IMG/VR virus record: IMGVR_UViG_3300020440_001565
Span: 9,619-73,618 of that record
DNA from: a virus
Lineage: Duplodnaviria > Caudoviricetes
Direction: 5' to 3' (one strand)
DNA: 64,000 nt
Shown here: in pieces, positions 58,273-64,000 of the stretch
How the letters are laid out: each line of letters begins with the position of its first letter
Position numbering within the stretch: position 1 is the first letter of the stretch
Translations under genes and position numbers: made by a program
Notes under the pieces: model-generated
Databases searched by the model: none
What the model saw: the letters and a program-made list of their open reading frames with translations, nothing else
Told to the model about the DNA's origin: nothing

Positions 58273-58594
58273 ATTTCCTTACCACGCCTTCTTTCAATAG
58301 TTGTTTATTAATGTTAGTTTTATTTACAAAAATTTCACCAAGTACTCTGCCAAACTTACCTTTTTTATCTAGTTGTGTTTTTAATATAATTTCTTTTGAT
58401 AGTAGTTCTTTTAATCTTGCCTTTGCTTTCAGCCCAAGTTTCTTTTCTTCAAGATCTCTGGTTCTTGTTTCAGGTGCATTAATACCTACCATTCTCACTC
58501 TAGCTTTATGCCAAATGCTAAATCCTAGATCTATTTCAACATCTATAGTATCACCATCAACTATTTTTGTTAATTTTGCATTGTACTCATACAT
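58265..58594 (-). CDS. Thermonuclease (SNase-like)
   Basis: IVDGDTID...RVRMVGINAPE...DKKGKFGRVL; TATAAATA at 58624-58631. Confidence 0.92.
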   Translation of the reverse strand: MYEYNAKLTKIVDGDTIDVEIDLGFSIWHKARVRMVGINAPETRTRDLEEKKLGLKAKARLKELLSKEIILKTQLDKKGKFGRVLGEIFVNKTNINKQLLKEGVVRKYD

Positions 58595-58626
58595 GATATT
58601 TTATTCCTTGTTTGGTTTTAGTATAT

Positions 58627-59604
58627 TTATAACTTTAACTTTTTAACTGCGTATCTGATGTTGACTCTATTATAAGTTCCGTTACGTGAAAAGTATTCCC
58701 ACCCAGGCCCGCCGATTGCTATGTGAACTGCATTTGATAATGTTAATCCATAATGTTCACATACTTGCTTTGCTTTTTTATTGTACTTGTTCCATTGTGT
58801 ATCTGGAGAAAAGTTTTGCATAAGTTCTAAACCTATTGCATTATTTAAATGTACACCATGCCCCCATTTGGCAGTAATAGATAAACTATCATTATACGGA
58901 TGCCTACTAAATCTTACTCCGTTCCTATAGTCACCACAGCTCAAACTTTTTGTTGTAGAAAAGCCAACCCACTCAACAGCAGGATGATTTAGTGCTATAT
59001 CTATTCCGTTGCAAGTACCAAACCATGCAATATCTAAAAATACTTTTACACCTTTTGTTTCTGCTTCGTCAAGTGTTTCTTCAAAACGATTTGGTTTGTT
59101 ACCATTGGCACTAAAAGGTACACTCACTAATAATAAATCATTTTTTTCCAGTGGACCATTTTCAACCCAGTCTTCACCAAACTTAAAATTATGTCTATCG
59201 TAGTTGTAAGGAAACTCGCCTTTAAACATTCTTAATCTTAAGTTATTTCTTAAACAATAATAGTGTAACTCATCTAACTGATGGCTAACCCCTACTGATG
59301 GATAAGCATGAGGAAAATCTTCAATTCCTGTAAAGTTGTTTAGCTTTGATGTTGTAATCCAATGTCTTGCATATTCGCAATATTCTTTTGTAATATTAAG
59401 TTCTCTGTCAGCAATACTTTTAAAAAATTCTGTGTTTATTAAATGGTCCATTGTTTCACCATTGTATATGGCGTTGCCTGTGATACCTAGAAGAGTATTG
59501 TAGTCCTCTTTAAAAGGAGCGTCAACTGGTATTGTTCCTTTTGTGTACATAGAATTTTTAATTGTAATTAACCTTTTATTGTTTTTATTAAATGGTCTGC
59601 CCAC
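58627..59604 (-). CDS. PLP-dependent enzyme (fold type I-like)
   Basis: SVPFS, FLDIAW, FSTTKSL. Confidence 0.7.
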   Translation of the reverse strand: MGRPFNKNNKRLITIKNSMYTKGTIPVDAPFKEDYNTLLGITGNAIYNGETMDHLINTEFFKSIADRELNITKEYCEYARHWITTSKLNNFTGIEDFPHAYPSVGVSHQLDELHYYCLRNNLRLRMFKGEFPYNYDRHNFKFGEDWVENGPLEKNDLLLVSVPFSANGNKPNRFEETLDEAETKGVKVFLDIAWFGTCNGIDIALNHPAVEWVGFSTTKSLSCGDYRNGVRFSRHPYNDSLSITAKWGHGVHLNNAIGLELMQNFSPDTQWNKYNKKAKQVCEHYGLTLSNAVHIAIGGPGWEYFSRNGTYNRVNIRYAVKKLKL

Positions 59605-60005
59605 TGATCTGAGCCATAATCATCGCCGTCACATTCATGTCTTGGTACAATAGATGTGGCACCTAGTTCAGATAAAATTGTATCAACTTTTCTACCTGCT
59701 CCACAAAAATCTTTATGGCTGGTATCTCCTAAAGCACAAACACTATACTTTACATTTTCAAATTTTAAGTCTGTTTTTTGTAGTTGAGAATAAAAGGCTT
59801 CACCATTAGTAGGTAAATCGCCATGTCCTGTTGTTGAAGTTACAATAGCAACATTGTCCATTGTTTGTAAATTTTGCATTGTTACTGAATTCATTTCCAT
59901 CATATTGACTTCAAGACCTTGCTCAATTGCTTTTTCTTCTGTCATTTTTGCAACATCTTCTGCGGCTCCCCACATTGACGCCCAAAGTATATTTAATTTT
60001 GTCAT
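59568..60005 (-). CDS. Flavodoxin
   Basis: ASMWGAAE, TSTTGHGD, ALGDTSH..FCGAG. Confidence 0.92.
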   Translation of the reverse strand: MTKLNILWASMWGAAEDVAKMTEEKAIEQGLEVNMMEMNSVTMQNLQTMDNVAIVTSTTGHGDLPTNGEAFYSQLQKTDLKFENVKYSVCALGDTSHKDFCGAGRKVDTILSELGATSIVPRHECDGDDYGSDQWADHLIKTIKG

Positions 60006-60349
60006 TATGTTTCCTTACTTTGTTCTAATTTATCATTGTTGTATTTTATAACAGTATTCCACAAAGAACGACCTTTTTCTTTATCGCATATCTTTTTGCA
60101 TATTGGATCAGCTTTATTTTCATCATTCCAATGAGCTTCATTGAAATGTTTAGTGTATGCTTCGTGTTTCAATATATCTTTCAATTTATGTTTTTTTAAA
60201 TTGTTCCAATCTTTTGGTAAACTGTCTATATATTTGCTCCTAGTTCCATTTGATTTTTTTACTTTTTGTCTGGCCAGAACGTGACAACATGGCCATACTG
60301 TACCATCATAATCAACCAGTATTGATTCAGAATAACACTTTATTTTCAT
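60005..60349 (-). CDS. Stand-alone SPASM/twitch domain protein
   Basis: KC...GTVWPCC...CKKIC. Confidence 0.8.
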   Translation of the reverse strand: MKIKCYSESILVDYDGTVWPCCHVLARQKVKKSNGTRSKYIDSLPKDWNNLKKHKLKDILKHEAYTKHFNEAHWNDENKADPICKKICDKEKGRSLWNTVIKYNNDKLEQSKET

Positions 60350-61044
60350 TATGCTACTACCTTATTTTGTAAATGTTTATACTGTTTGTATTTTTCTGTA
60401 TAAAAGTTATAATCATTAGTACCTGGTTCTATTTTATGTTTATATGATCTGTCATTTATTCTAAGCTCAAAGCAGATGTTGTTTTTATCACAATATTCTG
60501 CTATGTTATCAACATGATCTAAATTATAATCAAACAAGAGAAATTGCCACCTTGCATTTGATATTTGTCCTTTTCTGTGTTTGTTTGATTCTGTAGAAAA
60601 TGCTTCTAAATTTGCTAGAGATTTATTAAAGTCTACACCTATTCTATATCTAGAACTTGTTGCATGATCAAAACCATCCATACCAAACGCCACACATAAT
60701 TTTTTATAAGACCCTATTCTAGTCCAGAACTCTGTGTTTCTTATGCCACCATTAGTATCAATAGAAATCTCCATGTCTTGACTAGATGCATATTCTATAA
60801 TTTTTTCAATATCAGGGTGCATCATAGGATCACCCCATTCGCCTACTAATTCAATACCTGTCATATTATTTTCAGAGGCTTGATATACCCAATCTAAAAT
60901 ATTATTTGTATTGACATGAGTTAAAGGTAAGAAGTCTACCTTTTTACCTGTTACTTTGTCTGTTCTTGTACAAAGCGGACACCCAGCATTACAATGAGTA
61001 GTAATATCTAGTTTTAGTATTTCTGTTTGATTCCAGTCTCTCAT
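60349..61044 (-). CDS. Radical SAM core domain protein
   Basis: CNAGCPLC, GEWGDPMMHP. Confidence 0.88.
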   Translation of the reverse strand: MRDWNQTEILKLDITTHCNAGCPLCTRTDKVTGKKVDFLPLTHVNTNNILDWVYQASENNMTGIELVGEWGDPMMHPDIEKIIEYASSQDMEISIDTNGGIRNTEFWTRIGSYKKLCVAFGMDGFDHATSSRYRIGVDFNKSLANLEAFSTESNKHRKGQISNARWQFLLFDYNLDHVDNIAEYCDKNNICFELRINDRSYKHKIEPGTNDYNFYTEKYKQYKHLQNKVVA

Positions 61045-61086
61045 ATATGTATTTAATGAGCTACATATATGAATTTGTATATATAT

Positions 61087-61545
61087 TTAGGATAGTTTTT
61101 TGATTCTAGTTAAATGCCTGCCGCCTTCAAACTTTGTTAAGAAAAAAGCCCGAACCATTTTAAATGCCTGCACAGGTGAAGTAAAATCTGCACCTAGACA
61201 AAGTACATTTATATTATTATGTTTTCGAGCCATTTCAACTTCTTTAACTGTTCTACAAGTTGCCGCTCTAATATGCTTATGTCTGTTAACTGCTATATTA
61301 ACGCCAAATCCTGACCCGCAAACAATCACACCGTGTGAAGTTATAGACATTTCATCTGCAAATTTATTTGCAATATCAGGATAGTCAACTTTCTTTTTAT
61401 CACTGTACACACCAATATCGTGCATTACCGCAATATTAAGTTTTGTACCTTCTTCTTCATCAAGAGGACAAATCCAATTATTAATTTTATCTTTAAGTTC
61501 CATGCCTCTGTGATCAGAAGCTAATAGTAATTCATTTGTTTTCAT
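61087..61545 (-). CDS. rpiB: Ribose-5-phosphate isomerase B
   Basis: SDHRG, DYPD, CGSGFG, HNNINVLCLG, FEGGRH..R. Confidence 0.93.
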   Translation of the reverse strand: MKTNELLLASDHRGMELKDKINNWICPLDEEEGTKLNIAVMHDIGVYSDKKKVDYPDIANKFADEMSITSHGVIVCGSGFGVNIAVNRHKHIRAATCRTVKEVEMARKHNNINVLCLGADFTSPVQAFKMVRAFFLTKFEGGRHLTRIKKLS

Positions 61546-62306
61546 CTTGATCCTACAAATGCTTTTTCAACAACGTATGTACCTAATTCTTTTGTACTTC
61601 CTTCTTTCATGCCCAACGAATCAAAATGATCCATTAAGTCGTGATTAAGTCCTTCTGACCCACATATCATAAATCTATCTTGTTCTACATCTAGTGCTTG
61701 GCCTCTTGTTTCAGAAAATAATCGATTATTTTTTATCCATTCCGTAATTCTACCTTTACGTGGCCAATCTTGCTGAGTCAATGTATTAAAGTATCTAAAG
61801 TTTCCTTGTGTTACTTGTTTCCATTTTTCATTAAAAGAGTTTAGTTCATCATGATATGCTAACTCATTTTCATATTGTACTGTATGAGTAAGTACAACAT
61901 TTTTAAATCTTTCGTATGTTTTAGGATCTTTTATGATACCTAAGAAAGGAGCCAACCCGGTTCCTGTAGCAATCAAATATAAATTACGTCCTGGTTCTAA
62001 ATAATCAATTACTAGTGTTCCGGTAGATTTTGTATTAATTAAAACTTCGTCACCTACTTGAATATGTTGTAATTTTGATGTTAGAGGTCCATCTTCTAAT
62101 TTTATAGATAAAAATTCTAATTCATTTTCATGATTAGCTGATGCGAAAGAATATGCTTTCAGTTTAGGCTTACCATCTATCATCATACCAATTAATGAAA
62201 ACTCACCATTAGCGAATCTGAATCCTGGATTTCTTGTTGTTTTAAAACTAAATGTTTTATCACACCAGTGTTTTATCCAAGTAACTTTTTCTTTGTTTAC
62301 TGCCAT
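61542..62306 (-). CDS. fpr: Ferredoxin/flavodoxin-NADP+ reductase
   Basis: KAYSFAS, GPLTSKL, ATGTGLAPF, MICGS, terminal VEKAFV. Confidence 0.95.
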   Translation of the reverse strand: MAVNKEKVTWIKHWCDKTFSFKTTRNPGFRFANGEFSLIGMMIDGKPKLKAYSFASANHENELEFLSIKLEDGPLTSKLQHIQVGDEVLINTKSTGTLVIDYLEPGRNLYLIATGTGLAPFLGIIKDPKTYERFKNVVLTHTVQYENELAYHDELNSFNEKWKQVTQGNFRYFNTLTQQDWPRKGRITEWIKNNRLFSETRGQALDVEQDRFMICGSEGLNHDLMDHFDSLGMKEGSTKELGTYVVEKAFVGSR

Positions 62307-62308
62307 TA

Positions 62309-63358
62309 TTACCCCTCGTACTGATTAAACACTTGATTTACCTGATTGTTTACTTGTACGAAAGTTGCACACTTAGGCATATATTTAATCTTACTTGCAC
62401 CTATATATGTACAGGCAGATCTAACACCGCCTAGTATTTCAGTTACAGTTGCTTCAACTGGTCCTTTGTATGGTAATCTTACAACCTTACCTTCAGCACC
62501 TCTATAACCATCTTTACGTGAACCATGTTTACTCATTGCGGCATCTGAACTCATACCATAGAATTCAATTTTACCGTTGTTAACTTCTCCTTCTGATTCA
62601 TCATGCCCAGCTAACATACCACCTAGCATTACAAAATCAGATCCGGCCGCAAATGCTTTTGCTACATCACCTGGATATACACAACCACCATCAGCAATAA
62701 CTTGTCCACCAACACCGTGTGCCGCATCGGCACATTCAATAATACCTGATAGTTGCGGAACACCAACACCTGTCATTAATCTAGTTGTACAAACAGATCC
62801 AGGACCAATACCACATTTTACAATGTCGGCACCACTTAGAATTAATTCTTCGGTGGCTCCTGCTGTAATAACATTACCAGCAATAATAGTTTTATCAGGA
62901 AATTCATCTCTAACTTTTTTAACAAAGTCTATAAAGTTTTGATGATAACCATTTGCAACATCAACTGTTATAAATTTGATATCTGGATACCTATTGAGAA
63001 CTTCACGCATTACTGTATAATCTTGTGCTTCTTCACTCCAAATTTTACCTGTACCTGTACATATTGAAACATATTTTAATTTTATTCCGTTGCCAACAGC
63101 ATTATCCCAATCTTCAACTGTATAATGTTTTCGCATTACAGTAATCATTCTATGTTTTTGCAAAACTTTTGCCATTGAAAATGTACCAACGCCGTCCATG
63201 TTAGCGGCCATAATTGGTACTCCTGTATATGTCCTACCCGAGTTTATAAAAGAAAATTCTCTTTCCATCTCAACGTCTCTACGTGATGTAAGTTTTGATC
63301 TTTTAGGTTCTAATAATACATCTTTATAATCTAACTTGATATCAGGCTTGATTCTCAT
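62309..63358 (-). CDS. guaC: GMP reductase
   Basis: [44 protein letters not shown]. Confidence 0.95.
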   Translation of the reverse strand: MRIKPDIKLDYKDVLLEPKRSKLTSRRDVEMEREFSFINSGRTYTGVPIMAANMDGVGTFSMAKVLQKHRMITVMRKHYTVEDWDNAVGNGIKLKYVSICTGTGKIWSEEAQDYTVMREVLNRYPDIKFITVDVANGYHQNFIDFVKKVRDEFPDKTIIAGNVITAGATEELILSGADIVKCGIGPGSVCTTRLMTGVGVPQLSGIIECADAAHGVGGQVIADGGCVYPGDVAKAFAAGSDFVMLGGMLAGHDESEGEVNNGKIEFYGMSSDAAMSKHGSRKDGYRGAEGKVVRLPYKGPVEATVTEILGGVRSACTYIGASKIKYMPKCATFVQVNNQVNQVFNQYEG

Positions 63359-63907
63359 TTAACTAACCTTCTGTTGTAAATACTTTATCATGTTATCTGG
63401 TGTTGATTCAATGTAAGGGTCATCATCTAATCCTTCGTTATTGATACCTGGCTCTTGCCACCATTTCTCAATTTCGCCATTATTAATAACACACATATAT
63501 CTCCAGCTTCTGTTTCCAAAACCTAGATGATTTTTACCAACTAACATTCCCATGAATCTTGTAAAGTTACCTGAACCATCTGGTATCATCTTTACATTTT
63601 TTATTTTCATATGTTCAGCCCAAGCATTCATTACATAAGAATCATTTACTGATACACAATAAATCTCATCTATATTCATGCTTTTAATATTTTCATATTC
63701 CTGTTCAAATCCAGGAAGTTGTTGTGAAGAACAAGTTGGAGTAAATGCTCCAGGTAAACTAAACAATACTACTCTTTTACCTTTAAAGTAATCGTCAGTT
63801 GTTTTGTTAATCCATTGTCCACCAATTGCACAACCACCATCAGTTTCTACTTCATCACCTTCTCTGGTTCTAAATGTTACCTTTGGAATTTGTAAGTCTC
63901 TTTTCAT
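63359..63907 (-). CDS. Peroxiredoxin (Prx5-like)
   Basis: LPGAFTPTCS, VSVND, RSWRY. Confidence 0.93.
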   Translation of the reverse strand: MKRDLQIPKVTFRTREGDEVETDGGCAIGGQWINKTTDDYFKGKRVVLFSLPGAFTPTCSSQQLPGFEQEYENIKSMNIDEIYCVSVNDSYVMNAWAEHMKIKNVKMIPDGSGNFTRFMGMLVGKNHLGFGNRSWRYMCVINNGEIEKWWQEPGINNEGLDDDPYIESTPDNMIKYLQQKVS

Positions 63908-63928
63908 TTTATTTTTCCTTTTTGTTAA

Positions 63929-64000
63929 TGGTGCCGCTTCACGGATTCGAACCGCGGACCTACTGATTACAAATCAGTTGCTCTACCAACTGAGCTAAAG
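63929..64000 (-). tRNA. tRNA-Thr(UGU), 5' end cut by the window edge
   Basis: ...TAGCTCAGTTGGTAGAGC AACTGA TT-TGT-AA TCAGT...GGTTCGAATCC...GCGGCACCA. Confidence 0.93.

Overview
AT-rich segment of a large T4-like (jumbo) tailed phage genome. Almost all genes are on the minus strand. The host is inferred to be an alphaproteobacterium, possibly marine, from the SdhA, bL12 and Hfq sequence types. Phage core genes: family B DNA polymerase, sliding clamp, clamp loader, RNase H/5'-3' exonuclease, GroES-like co-chaperonin, GH108 endolysin, spanins and three tRNAs. Both sigma70-type promoters (TTGACA-N16/17-TAnnnT) and T4 late-type promoters (TATAAATA) are present. The accessory load is very large: (i) a 7-deazaguanine pathway (QueD-like, QueE, FolE, TGT/DpdA-like) interleaved with nucleotide-sugar and glycosyltransferase genes; (ii) five further radical SAM genes with methyltransferases, oxygenases and Asn-synthetase-like, kinase-like, SGNH, GNAT and PLP enzymes, plus IscA, flavodoxin and ferredoxin/flavodoxin-NADP reductase; (iii) a phage Hfq near two gene-free, strongly base-paired candidate ncRNAs, one with a long H-type pseudoknot; (iv) a TctA + 2xTctC + porin uptake module and a lone SdhA; (v) translation and proteostasis genes (bL12, peptide deformylase, ClpA, DnaJ, HtrA); (vi) a SET-domain protein and a stand-alone DnaE fragment. 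All family calls come from motif recognition by eye; no database search was run.
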